A stretch of 64,000 nucleotides of DNA, from assembly GCA_039815185.1 (NCBI GenBank), contig JBCBZT010000005.1:172721-236720 (forward strand), written 5' to 3'. A model generated the notes under the pieces. It worked only from the letters and a program-made list of their open reading frames with translations. It ran no database searches and was not told the DNA's origin. The stretch comes from Cyanobacteria bacterium P01_A01_bin.123 (GTDB lineage: Bacteria > Cyanobacteriota > Cyanobacteriia > Phormidesmidales > Phormidesmidaceae). A program made the translations under genes and the position numbers. Position 1 is the stretch's first letter. Each line of letters begins with the position of its first letter. Shown here in pieces: positions 1 to 9,242 of the stretch.

Positions 1-195
1 AAGGCGTCGATCTGTATCTTTACGGCTTTGATCCAGGCGACTAATTTCACGACCTAGCAACCACTTTCCTGCCGCGAACAGCACGCCAAATCCGCCCAGC
101 AACACTGCCTCAAGCGGGATTGTGATGCCAGCACCATCAGTGGCCTGGGCGATCACTGAGTAGGGTTGAAGGGTTTGGGCGGTGTGATGTTGCAC
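1..195 (-). CDS. Partial small membrane/coiled-coil protein (holin- or XhlA-like?), runs off the window
   Basis: Hand translation from GTG at 195: VQHHTAQ...IPLEAVLLGGFGVLFAAGKWLLGREISRLDQSRKDTDRRL; one TM helix then a charged coil, open to position 1. Confidence 0.5.
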   Translation of the reverse strand, partial: MQHHTAQTLQPYSVIAQATDGAGITIPLEAVLLGGFGVLFAAGKWLLGREISRLDQSRKDTDRRL

Positions 196-228
196 GGCGC
201 AGCAGGTGTGGTGTCGCTACGAGGGTTC

Positions 229-1878
229 CTATCTTCTGCCAATCTGTTTCCCTGTCTCTGGATCAATGCGGAGTTCTTCGCAATCGCGGTTTGGATCTAG
301 AGTAATGTAATCAGGCAAGGCAGTACGGCAGAGCTTTGCTTGAGTGAGTTGGGATTGGGTTAAGTTCTGCACCTCTTCTAGATGGGCTTCCCAAAGGTTT
401 GCCCCTTCTAGATGGGTGTTCATAAGTTTTGCCCCATCTAGATGGGCATTCCTAAGTTTTGCCCCATCTAGATGGGCGCCCCTAAGGTCTGCCCCATCTA
501 GATGGGCATACCCAAGGTTTGCTCCTTCTAGATGGGCTCTCCCAAGGTCTGCCCCTTCTAGATGGGCGCCCCCAAGGTCTGCCCCTTCTAGATGGGCGTC
601 AAAAAGGTCTGCCCCTTCTAGATGGGCATGCCCAAGGTTTGCCCCTTCTAGATGGGCATTCCTAAGGTTTGCCCCTTCTAGATGGGCGTCAAAAAGGTCT
701 GCCCCATCTAGATGGGCATTCCTAAGGTTTGCCCTTTCTAGATGGGCATTCCTAAGGTTTGCCCCTTCTAGATGGGCTCTCCCAAGGTTTGCCCCTTCTA
801 GATGGGCTCTCCCAAGGGTTGCCCTTTCTAGATGAGCTTCCTCAAGGTCTGCCTCTTCTAGATGGGCTTCCCAAAGGTTTGCCCATTCTAGATGGGCTTC
901 CCAAAGGTTTGCCCCTTCTAGATGGGTGTTCATAAGTTTTGCCCATTCTAGATGGGCACCCCCAAGGGCTGCCCCTTCTAGATGGGCTCTCCCAAGGGTT
1001 GCCCCATCTAGATGGGCTTCCTCAAGGTCTGCCTCTTCTAGATGGGCTTCCCAAAGGTTTGCCCCTTCTAGATGGGCTCTCCCAAGGGTTGCCCTTTCTA
1101 GATGGGCTCCCCAAAGGATTGCCCCATCTAGATGGGCTCCCCAAAGGGTTGCCCCTTCTAGATGGGCTTCCTCAAGATGTGCCCCTTGCAGATTTGTTCC
1201 AGCTAGGTTTATTCGTTGTTGGTCATCTTTAATGTTGCGACGCCCGATGACAGTTAGCGCACTCTGAATGGCTTGGCTTGGCTTTCTCTCTGCCTTCTCA
1301 CCTGCACCCTGTGACTGCTGAGCTATGAAACTGCTCACGAATGAACCGTGCTGCACATCCTCGGGTTTCCCAGCTCTATCTCGAACAAAAGCAGTCAGAA
1401 CCTCCATGACGACCGGGTGATCCTCTTTTGAGTCCCTCGCGATCCGCTCAAGCGAGTAGATGCCACCCAGCCTCATCTCCAGCTTTTCATCGGCCAGCAT
1501 CTCTACGGCTCTGCTGAAGCGATCTGTCACGTTCTTGTCTTCTGCAAGCTGAGAGTTGCGCCAAGCCAAATAGGCTGTGGCAATGAAACCTAGGCCCGCA
1601 ACCGTTTGAACAACCGTTAAGACATTCCCCCGGTTGCTGTTGATCACATCAGCTCGCCTTTTTTCAGCCTCACTAACAACAGGAGGGACATTCCTTTGCG
1701 GAAGTTGTGTCAATAGAAACCATCCAAGGAGAGGTATAAGCACTATCCCAGCTACACCACCAATCCACGGAGCAGCAGGCTTGAGTCGCTCGGCTAGGAT
1801 TTTTGCTCTATCAGTGAGTGGTTTAGCTCCGCTGAAAAGCTGCCTTATCCGAAATCCCTTGTTCTGCTGCTTTGCCAT
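229..1878 (-). CDS. Pentapeptide repeat protein with N-terminal TM segments
   Basis: Long A(H/N/D)LxG pentapeptide array (30-nt DNA period containing TCTAGATGGG); RLGGIYSLERIA motif typical of this family. Confidence 0.95.
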   Translation of the reverse strand: MAKQQNKGFRIRQLFSGAKPLTDRAKILAERLKPAAPWIGGVAGIVLIPLLGWFLLTQLPQRNVPPVVSEAEKRRADVINSNRGNVLTVVQTVAGLGFIATAYLAWRNSQLAEDKNVTDRFSRAVEMLADEKLEMRLGGIYSLERIARDSKEDHPVVMEVLTAFVRDRAGKPEDVQHGSFVSSFIAQQSQGAGEKAERKPSQAIQSALTVIGRRNIKDDQQRINLAGTNLQGAHLEEAHLEGATLWGAHLDGAILWGAHLERATLGRAHLEGANLWEAHLEEADLEEAHLDGATLGRAHLEGAALGGAHLEWAKLMNTHLEGANLWEAHLEWANLWEAHLEEADLEEAHLERATLGRAHLEGANLGRAHLEGANLRNAHLERANLRNAHLDGADLFDAHLEGANLRNAHLEGANLGHAHLEGADLFDAHLEGADLGGAHLEGADLGRAHLEGANLGYAHLDGADLRGAHLDGAKLRNAHLDGAKLMNTHLEGANLWEAHLEEVQNLTQSQLTQAKLCRTALPDYITLDPNRDCEELRIDPETGKQIGRR

Positions 1879-2060
1879 ATGTCACTAAGCCACTGCATCA
1901 ACGCTGGATTAGCCCTCAGTTAGGTTGTGTTACGGGCTTAATTTCCGTGCTGATTCATGTTACTCCCTGAGAACTCTAACCGCAGTGCTCAGGGGTGCTT
2001 CATCTCTCCAGTGGTCAAAAAGTTTCTGATCGGCGTTGCGATCGGCTTCAGCTTCATCAA

Positions 2061-2205
2061 ATCTGGCTACCATCTGGTCATACATCTGGTCAGCATCTGG
2101 CCACCATCTCGCCAGATCTGGCCATCTCGCCAGATGTAACCCCGCCAGATGGCCAGATGCCTTGCCCTAATTAGAACGAGATGGGTTAGATGGTGGCCAG
2201 ATGGC
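2061..2205. repeat. Cluster of CATCTGG / CCAGATG short repeats that switch orientation mid-cluster
   Basis: About 6 (C)ATCT(G/C)G copies followed by about 5 (CC)AGATG copies within ~145 bp. Confidence 0.7.
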
Positions 2206-2206
2206 C

Positions 2207-3616
2207 TCAGGAAACATCCCCCAGAGAGTACCGAGGGGTGTCTTTGTCTCCGTCATCTCGTATCCGGCCAGAGCTGGTCATTCCGTTCAGGACGAGCTTG
2301 ATCAAGTCCAAGGACTGCGCCTTCAACGTAGAACGCTTTTGACGAATCTCTGACGCCAGCAGTGGAGCATCGGCACTCGCTAACACGTCAAGGATCTCCG
2401 CTTCTATCTCTGCCAGCGATGCACCATTCGGTTTAGTAGTCTTCAGTGAAGCGTCACTAACATCAGACATAGACTCGCCTGCATCACCTGTGCCCAACAG
2501 CTTGGGTGGTGCAGGCAGGCTCTCAATCTTCAGTCCGTCTAACTCCGACTGTGATAGGTAGGGCGACGGGAAGATAACCGGGTCACCGATAAGGTTGGAC
2601 ATCATCAAGGGATGTCGATCGCCTTGCAGCTTGCCGAGCGCTATTTTGTACTCTGCATCGATCCTGTCTTTGTATCTGCGGTTCACAATGCTGCCGTTGT
2701 CTACTGCGGCATCAATAGCCTCAAAACCGCCAAGCTGGGAACCTAGGATGAGATAACGGAAATTGCGGCGGACACCTCCAGAGATGCCAAGGTCGTCAAC
2801 GTTAGGACTTTGGCTAACCAAGACCAGCTGACAACCAGCGCCCCGGCCAACAGCGGCGAAGACGGTAATCAACGACTTGAATTCCTCGGCCAAGGGTTTG
2901 AGTACAGACACCGATTTGAGTGTGGTGTATTGGGCCAGCCATTCTTCCACCACCACAATGACTTGCGGCCCGGTGCCCCCAGTATCCACCCTGGTTTGGG
3001 CCAGCTCCAAAACGCGACCAAGAATCCCCACCATGCGCTGAGCGCTTTCGACGGTGGGACGAAAGGGCAACCGGATCACGTTTTGAGTCGGTACACCCGG
3101 CCATGCCGCCCCCTTGGGTTCAAAGGCAATCAGCACCGTTTCTTTTTGGCTAGCCAACTTCGATAGAAGGTAGGTGAGCATTGAGCTTTTGCCCGTGTCC
3201 GTGGGGCTCAGAACGCCCAAATGAGTACGCCAGGACGACGCGGCCCGGTTCAGGTATTCATCAGGGTCAATGTCGGCAACTTGGGTAACGGTAGCCACCA
3301 ATGCATCAGGCTTCATTTGCTCATAGAGTCGCTGCTGACGACTGGCGGCGCTAATGTCGGCATGGTCTAAGAGAATGCGGGCAGTATCCACTGCGTTCTC
3401 ATGGGCCAATCTACCCAGCAACGCCACCATGAACCCAGCCCCAATTAGCCCAGTACTTATCCAATGGCGACGACCCTTCCCATACTCGTCATTCAGGAAG
3501 GTTGCCAAGGCCAATGCAACAGCTAGCCCGGTGGCCAGCCACACTAAAGCGCCCATCCTAAAGCGCTGGTGCAGATGGTTTTGGAATTCGCTGGGGTGTA
3601 ACTGCTGCAAACTCAT
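2207..3616 (-). CDS. Membrane-anchored FtsK/VirD4/HerA-like P-loop ATPase with C-terminal winged-helix-like domain
   Basis: Two TM helices, Walker A-like SPTDTGKS, Walker B VVVEE, GRGAGCQLVLVSQ (FtsK/HerA Arg-finger/Gln motif). Start placed at ATG 3616 rather than 4045. Confidence 0.75.
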   Translation of the reverse strand: MSLQQLHPSEFQNHLHQRFRMGALVWLATGLAVALALATFLNDEYGKGRRHWISTGLIGAGFMVALLGRLAHENAVDTARILLDHADISAASRQQRLYEQMKPDALVATVTQVADIDPDEYLNRAASSWRTHLGVLSPTDTGKSSMLTYLLSKLASQKETVLIAFEPKGAAWPGVPTQNVIRLPFRPTVESAQRMVGILGRVLELAQTRVDTGGTGPQVIVVVEEWLAQYTTLKSVSVLKPLAEEFKSLITVFAAVGRGAGCQLVLVSQSPNVDDLGISGGVRRNFRYLILGSQLGGFEAIDAAVDNGSIVNRRYKDRIDAEYKIALGKLQGDRHPLMMSNLIGDPVIFPSPYLSQSELDGLKIESLPAPPKLLGTGDAGESMSDVSDASLKTTKPNGASLAEIEAEILDVLASADAPLLASEIRQKRSTLKAQSLDLIKLVLNGMTSSGRIRDDGDKDTPRYSLGDVS

Positions 3617-4045
3617 AGCGGCCACCATTCGTTGAACCAGAAAAACTGAGTTGCTAAGCAAACCCCCGCGTTGATTTGGCAGAACCGAAACAAGCAGTCC
3701 ACCCGCATGTCGGGCACTTGCATGAACACAGACACCAGTGGGAATCCAGACATCAACGCCAGCAGCCCCCATCCGAATACCCAGGGCGGCATAACTTTGG
3801 GTCAGGAAACCAAGAGCAATCGCTAAGCGAATTAGTACGGCAACGCCCAAAACCCACTGCACAGCATCCAGCAAGATTCCTCGTGATGGGATAGCGATAA
3901 AATTGCTAAACCTTTGCAGTGACTCAGTTTTGACCCGTAGGCGGTTGGTGTCCAGTGCGATCTGCTGGACTCTGGTTTCACCTAGCAACCCAGTGGTTTG
4001 CACCTGAACTTTAGGTGCGTCAGTCGGTTGTGTTTTAGTGGCCAT
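3613..4045 (-). pseudogene. Small membrane protein with apparent 1-nt frameshift near 3802
   Basis: Removing one base gives ...ALGFLPKVMPPWVFGWGLLALMSGFPLV...WWPL* whose TGA overlaps the next ATG (ATGA at 3613-3616). Confidence 0.6.
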
Positions 4046-4331
4046 AGTTCTGTACCTCCACGGTGGGGTTCATTGCTTCAAAGACCATCGCTACAGCCGT
4101 GATTGGAAGTGCTAAGCCGATCGCCAGCAGAAACCAAACGATGGCCACCTTGAGCGGGTCATACTCAACCGCTTTGTAATGGGCGACAGGTGGCTGCTGG
4201 GATTGGGGGTAAACGACTGACAGTGATCGCCCATGCTTGTCGCAGTAGGTCATCGCCAATGGCGGCTGCTGAGCTGGCGACGGTAGCTCAATATCGATAG
4301 GGATGCGCTCAATCGCGCTGTGATCGGGCAT
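4035..4331 (-). CDS. Hypothetical membrane protein
   Basis: 98-aa ORF with C-terminal TM helix, overlaps the downstream start. Confidence 0.6.
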   Translation of the reverse strand: MPDHSAIERIPIDIELPSPAQQPPLAMTYCDKHGRSLSVVYPQSQQPPVAHYKAVEYDPLKVAIVWFLLAIGLALPITAVAMVFEAMNPTVEVQNYGH

Positions 4332-4523
4332 GGTGGGAAATCCTTATGGCAACTGGATTGGGGCTAGTTGAAGCTGAGGCCACCACAAGCGATGACTAAA
4401 CAGAAACAGAAGACAAGTGCCGCAGCTATGGGCATGGCTAAAAGGCATACAGCGCCCCAGCCCAGAGTGGTTCTGGGGCTTGGGGTGGCTGTAGCAGTAG
4501 GTGGATTAGTCGTCGTAGCATCG

Positions 4524-4943
4524 TCAGTCTCTGTTCGGCAGCAAGTTCAGACTGGGCGCTGACGGCAATGGCTTTTTTGCCTCCGCGATAATCGCCTCCA
4601 GATCAGACCAGTCGGGATTCTCGAAGCCTTGAAAATGATCGGCGACGCACAGGCGATTTAGCTCTGAGGCAAAGCTCTCTTGCAGGGTTTTGCCGCTTGC
4701 AACGGCATGAGCCTCGTGCGCCAATGCAACGCCCGCATCTTGGGCAAACTTTTGAGCGCCACTAATCTGAAGAGCCAATGTACTGGCCTGATTGGTGACC
4801 ACGTTCGCAATACTCGCAGCTTCACCGCTGGAGTTGGGCCTATGTGAGGACGACTGGGTACAGTCGGTACTGCTGGGTCGTTGGGGCTTCGGTTTCAGGT
4901 CTTGGAATGCTGCTTTCTCTTTATCGGTTAAAGGCATCGTCAT
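4524..4943 (-). CDS. Hypothetical protein
   Basis: 139-aa ORF coupled to the upstream HTH gene. Confidence 0.65.
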   Translation of the reverse strand: MTMPLTDKEKAAFQDLKPKPQRPSSTDCTQSSSHRPNSSGEAASIANVVTNQASTLALQISGAQKFAQDAGVALAHEAHAVASGKTLQESFASELNRLCVADHFQGFENPDWSDLEAIIAEAKKPLPSAPSLNLLPNRD

Positions 4944-5202
4944 TCTCCGAAAGGTATAGAAATAGGGATACTCGGGCTTTTGTCATGTCTCGCTCTTGCT
5001 GAAGCTGCCTGCCAATCCAATGCATTTTGAACAGATCTTTAGCGGTGTAGCACCAACGCCCCTGGTCATAAACCAACGCAACACCTATAAGCTTTCGCCA
5101 GCGCTGCAGTGTGGACTTGGTTAACCGCCGTCCAAGGGACTGCTCCAGCTCTTTTTTGACTTGGTCGGCAGGCGTTAGATACTCAACAAGTTGGGTACTC
5201 AT
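4921..5202 (-). CDS. MerR-like HTH DNA-binding protein
   Basis: TKSTLQRWRKLIG...WCYTAKDL resembles MerR wHTH; GGGGG RBS-like run upstream. Confidence 0.6.
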   Translation of the reverse strand: MSTQLVEYLTPADQVKKELEQSLGRRLTKSTLQRWRKLIGVALVYDQGRWCYTAKDLFKMHWIGRQLQQERDMTKARVSLFLYLSENDDAFNR

Positions 5203-5315
5203 GACGCCCCCCTTGGGTACTCATGGGTACCCTTATAGCACAAAATTAATGCTGATAAGCATAGAATAAGTGCTAATTACTCGCTAATATCACTGAGAAG
5301 CACAAAGAAGCTAAT

Positions 5316-5519
5316 ATGAGCCCAAAATCAGCAGCCCAAAATAGAATGAGCAAGCGCACGACAATCACGCTCCCAGACAGCGTTTATGATGATCTAGAGC
5401 AATGGGCCGCAAATGAGGGTAGGCCAACTGCTAACTTGGCGGCTTACTTGGTTGAGAATTGCGTCAAGCAGCATTTCCCAAGCAAGTACAAGTATCAGCA
5501 GCCACAGTCAGGCAAGTGA
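5316..5519 (+). CDS. Ribbon-helix-helix (CopG-like) protein
   Basis: KRTTITLPDSVYDDLEQWAANEGRPTANLAAYLVE is a typical cyanobacterial RHH. Confidence 0.85.
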   Translation: MSPKSAAQNRMSKRTTITLPDSVYDDLEQWAANEGRPTANLAAYLVENCVKQHFPSKYKYQQPQSGK

Positions 5520-5530
5520 GAGGTTGACCA

Positions 5531-6067
5531 ATGACTGATGACGAATTGAGAGCCCTGGTGGCCAGCAACGCACAGGCGATCTCAGAAACGAGGGCTATCA
5601 CGGACTCAAACGCAAGGGCAATCGCAGCGAATGCCAGCGCGATCGCTGAGCTACGGGTAACCACTGCCCAACAAGGTGAGCAGATGCTGGAGGGCGTCTC
5701 TGAAGTGGTGGCAATGGTTGGTGAGCTGGCCGCACAGCAAGAGGCTCGACAGGCTGAGTCAGACCAGCGCTTCAACAACCTGCTAGCCGATGCTCGGGCT
5801 GATAGGCAGCGGGCAGATCAGAATCATGCCGAGGCAATGCAGCGATTTGACCATCTGCGAGCAGATGCGCAGGCAGATAGAGAACGGGCGGATCAGAACC
5901 ATGCTGAAGCGATGCAGCGCATTGATCAGGCATTGGCCGACGCTCGTGCTGATAGGGAGCGGGGAGACCGCGATCGCGCCATCAATGAGATGGAGCACCG
6001 AGCCTTCAGAGAGACCTTTCAAACCCTGCTCGCAGAAGTGTCCCGTATTTGGCAGCGACTAGCTTGA
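5531..6067 (+). CDS. Cyanobacterial coiled-coil hypothetical protein with 25-aa internal repeats
   Basis: MTDDELRALVASNAQAI start; ADARADR..ADQNHAEAMQR repeated with 75-nt period at 5786/5861/5936; paralog of 8338-8709. Confidence 0.8.
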   Translation: MTDDELRALVASNAQAISETRAITDSNARAIAANASAIAELRVTTAQQGEQMLEGVSEVVAMVGELAAQQEARQAESDQRFNNLLADARADRQRADQNHAEAMQRFDHLRADAQADRERADQNHAEAMQRIDQALADARADRERGDRDRAINEMEHRAFRETFQTLLAEVSRIWQRLA

Positions 6068-6180
6068 TGAGAAGAGCCAATCCCACAGGATCACCTCAAC
6101 CGCCCTGCCTTCCAGTCGTGCCACAGCGCCCAACCAATAACCGCCACGAATACCAGAGCAGCCAGGTCTGAGCGCACGTC

Positions 6181-6336
6181 TTACAGGTATCTGGGGGGTG
6201 GATCAGGTAATCCTGTTGGTGAGCCGGGGCCCCCACTCACTCCCATCAAATCTTCTTCTGAAAGCTCTCTACAGAAACCTTTGGATGCCTCAGGTTGAAT
6301 TGTCTGCAATTTGATTCCTTGAGTTTGTTTCTTCAT
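6181..6336 (-). CDS. Double-glycine leader peptide precursor (bacteriocin/RiPP-like), 51 aa
   Basis: MKKQ...RELSEEDLMGVSGG|PGSPTGLPDPPPRYL; ELSxxxLxxVxGG leader motif. Confidence 0.65.
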   Translation of the reverse strand: MKKQTQGIKLQTIQPEASKGFCRELSEEDLMGVSGGPGSPTGLPDPPPRYL

Positions 6337-6509
6337 TAGAGTTATCCCTTGCAAGGATACGACTGGTGAACTTGCGCCCATACCAGGCACCCTAGAGAGT
6401 GATCGGGAAGAAGTTGGGAAGTGCAGCGCCCAACAAAAAGCCCCCAGCATCGCTGCTAAGGGCATCGTCAATGGGTGCTTCCATCGTTCCCGGATGATTG
6501 AGGCGGATC

Positions 6510-7034
6510 TCACTCCTGAACCCACTCGCTCCAGGACGCGTGCGCTCTAGGCGTAGTAGCCCCTTGGTATTGCGTGTAATACCCTACCCAAATCCTAAAG
6601 TCTTGTCGCTGTTGAGGGGCAAGGCTGTCAAGCTGAGTGACGTTGAAAAAGCTCTCCACTACGTTGCGATCGGAATCCAGCAAATCATAGTCAATCCGCA
6701 CGTATTCGGCTAAAACCTCACCTTGATTGAATGCAGTGCCTGTCAGATAGCCATCTTGAAGTTGTATGCGGCTGAGTCGCACCCACGAGTCACTACTGCT
6801 GTTGATCGAGTCGCGGGTACTGCGTTCGAGATAGTATCCCGCAGATGACGTGGTGGGACGAGCAGTCACTGGCTCCTGAGTGGGCACTCGATCAGGCGAA
6901 CCGCACATGTGGTCAAGGTTGACAGTCTGGCCGTCCATCTCCATATAGCAAAAATCATCGTGAGCCAAGGCTGATGGAGCGACGAGAGCCAATGGCAGCA
7001 CGAGAGCGGCGATTCCAATTATTGAGTTTTTCAT
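6510..7034 (-). CDS. Secreted FxLYD-domain-like protein
   Basis: Signal peptide, CYME...VNLDHMCG motif, GTAFNQG...VRIDYDLLDSD...LAPQQ. Confidence 0.7.
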   Translation of the reverse strand: MKNSIIGIAALVLPLALVAPSALAHDDFCYMEMDGQTVNLDHMCGSPDRVPTQEPVTARPTTSSAGYYLERSTRDSINSSSDSWVRLSRIQLQDGYLTGTAFNQGEVLAEYVRIDYDLLDSDRNVVESFFNVTQLDSLAPQQRQDFRIWVGYYTQYQGATTPRAHASWSEWVQE

Positions 7035-7141
7035 GGGATTGCAGTCCGCGAATGGTTAAGCCCAGTTTTCCTAGGCTGATCATTCATTCGCGGGATATAC
7101 GCAAAGCCATGGAAGGTTTGCCAAAGCTTTATGAATGCTTT

Positions 7142-7882
7142 TCAACCAGTCACCCGCCCGATCCCTGAAAACACCTGCTCAAAAGCTCTCACGTCTGGGC
7201 CAAGGTACAGGAAATCGTTGTAGTGCTGCGGTGACTTCTTGGGTTCGCCGCCTGGGGAAATGAATGAGATCCGCCGTCTAACTTGACATACCGCGTCAAA
7301 TTGTTCCAGTAGATCGACGTACCAAGCTGCTCCGGTGCGGTTGAGCAGGAAGATGCAAGCCGCAACGTCGCCAGCTCTATAGAACTGCAAACCTCGCTCC
7401 AAAAAGAGACGACTGAATTTGCTATATGGAGGATTGCACCATACTCGGCCATGCCAGGGTTGCTTTAGTCCGTCATCGTCCTTGGTATAAAACTGCCCTG
7501 CCTTCACCCACCCCTGAGCCGTTGGGTTGCTCGCTGGATCAAGGTCGATAGCACCCAGCACCGAGCGGGCCATCTCTACAAATTCTGACGGGGTATACCA
7601 CTCAACCGAAGTTTTTTCTTTAGCGAGATTCACAGACTTAAGGGTTTTCAGGGCACGCACGCACTGCTTTAGCTTATTGCGGCGCTCGATCATCTCCTTC
7701 CAGTGCCGATAGCGCGGGTCGTCGGGTAAACCCACGTAGAGAGTGCGGCTGCCTTCAAATAAGTCTTTCCGAAAGTTGACCTTGAACGCATTTTTGCTAG
7801 CGCGGCAGATTGAAGCCCCGTCAGGCGCAAATCCTTCCCGCCTAATTTTGCGAATAATGGCTTCTAATTTCGTCTTACTCAT
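7142..7882 (-). CDS. Phage-type DNA N6-adenine methyltransferase (Dam-like)
   Basis: EWYTP, IDLDPAS, DGLKQPWHGRVWCNPPYS, RRISF motifs; start at ATG 7882 coupled to upstream ORF. Confidence 0.9.
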   Translation of the reverse strand: MSKTKLEAIIRKIRREGFAPDGASICRASKNAFKVNFRKDLFEGSRTLYVGLPDDPRYRHWKEMIERRNKLKQCVRALKTLKSVNLAKEKTSVEWYTPSEFVEMARSVLGAIDLDPASNPTAQGWVKAGQFYTKDDDGLKQPWHGRVWCNPPYSKFSRLFLERGLQFYRAGDVAACIFLLNRTGAAWYVDLLEQFDAVCQVRRRISFISPGGEPKKSPQHYNDFLYLGPDVRAFEQVFSGIGRVTG

Positions 7883-8168
7883 ATGGTACAAAGCCGGGAG
7901 TTTGTACCATATCTGTCTCGGTAGCGAGGTATGGTACATAATCGCCGCTTTGTACCATACCTTCGCAGCCAATTTCGACCGACTCAATCGGAAAACCTTC
8001 GTTATAGTCGCCCTGCCAAATTTCAAGCAGCGCAATCTCGCCTGGTGGTGAATGCAGCCATGTATCCAGCACAGCTTTGGCTTGCGTCAGTGATTCTGCA
8101 TGGAGAATATCAAAGGCTGGCGTGGCGTCAGGGTGATCGAAGGCTAAGGCACTAATGCAATAACTCAT
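7875..8168 (-). CDS. Hypothetical protein
   Basis: 97-aa ORF whose stop overlaps the MTase start. Confidence 0.55.
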   Translation of the reverse strand: MSYCISALAFDHPDATPAFDILHAESLTQAKAVLDTWLHSPPGEIALLEIWQGDYNEGFPIESVEIGCEGMVQSGDYVPYLATETDMVQTPGFVPYE

Positions 8169-8337
8169 GAAGACAACCCCTTACGGTGAGTCCTGTGCCT
8201 CCATTTAGCTACATGAATTGAGAAACGCTGAAATTTTTATATTTGGGTATGTTGCCTCTACCCAGAAATCGAACCCGTATAACCCTTACCCAATAAGCCT
8301 TTGATTGCTTTTAAGCACAAAAAATCGGACGCGCTCA

Positions 8338-8709
8338 TTACCTGTTTTGCTCCAGCAGCGCTCGAATGGCCTGCCGAAATTCTTCATGCTCCTGGCGGTT
8401 GCGCTCATTGGCCTCGCGCATCTCAGCGCGATCGGCTCTCATTTCAGCTAGCATCGTCTCGAACCGCCGATCCGACTCTTGTTGCTGTCGTGTCACCTCA
8501 GCCCGCTCTTGAGCGGCTTCTTCGGACTGCTGAGATAGCATTGCCACCAGGTCTTCGATGGAACTACGCAATTGCAGGCGATCCGCTTCTTGAGCCACTC
8601 GCAGCCCTTCGATCGCTAAAGCGTTGGCCTCGACTAGCTTCTCAATACGGTCTAGGCGGCTGTTGCCGTTATTGCCAGATGAGTCGATCATCGTTTTCGC
8701 CCTCTCCAT
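8338..8709 (-). CDS. Coiled-coil hypothetical protein, paralog of 5531-6067
   Basis: RLDRIEKLVEANALAI...ESDRRFETMLAEMRADR...EHEEFRQ. Confidence 0.8.
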   Translation of the reverse strand: MERAKTMIDSSGNNGNSRLDRIEKLVEANALAIEGLRVAQEADRLQLRSSIEDLVAMLSQQSEEAAQERAEVTRQQQESDRRFETMLAEMRADRAEMREANERNRQEHEEFRQAIRALLEQNR

Positions 8710-8917
8710 ACTTGTCTAATCTACATCCAACGTTAGACAAAGGAGACATGAAGCTTATCTCACATGAGACAGGCGAGGGCTTACGCGGGTTGATCGTCGT
8801 CGGTGTGGCTACTACTGATAGCAGATGGGACTTCTCCCGCTAGGACGTGAGTACGCAGAGCGATCGCCACAGCGTTCACCCCTAGAGTTTCTGTCATAGG
8901 GGTAGCCAAGAGAGGCG

Positions 8918-9133
8918 CTAGTTGTATCCCAAGTCCTCAGAGTAGTCACAATTAACGCATCGATTGACAGAGAAATCAGGCTCCCATATCTCCACTAATT
9001 GAGCACCACAATTAGGACATCCGTAAGGGACTTTTGTTTCAGGCGACTCTATCTCTCCTGAGCCTCCACAACCCTCGCATTTTTGAGCCCCGAAAGTAAA
9101 TCCGGCTCCGTTACAAATACGACAAACAGCCAT
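8918..9133 (-). CDS. Small double zinc-finger protein
   Basis: CRICNGAG..CEGCGGSG (DnaJ-type) plus CPNC..CVNC zinc ribbon; GGAGG RBS upstream. Confidence 0.7.
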   Translation of the reverse strand: MAVCRICNGAGFTFGAQKCEGCGGSGEIESPETKVPYGCPNCGAQLVEIWEPDFSVNRCVNCDYSEDLGYN

Positions 9134-9242
9134 TGCAGCCTCCCTTATTCGTTTCGCGGGTTAGGTATCACCCTCGTCTCCCAAAATACCCTGAACGTCC
9201 GCAATCACTTCAGCATCAGGCTTCTTGAAGTCCCGTACCAAG

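Noticed and set aside
344..1267. Plus-strand repetitive ORFs (APSRWA..., LDGLPQG...) and a regular 30-nt repeat
   Set aside because: Antisense shadows of the pentapeptide repeat gene; no unique spacers, so not a CRISPR array
8301..8843. 180-aa plus-strand ORF
   Set aside because: Antisense to the coiled-coil gene 8338-8709, which has a clear paralog in the window
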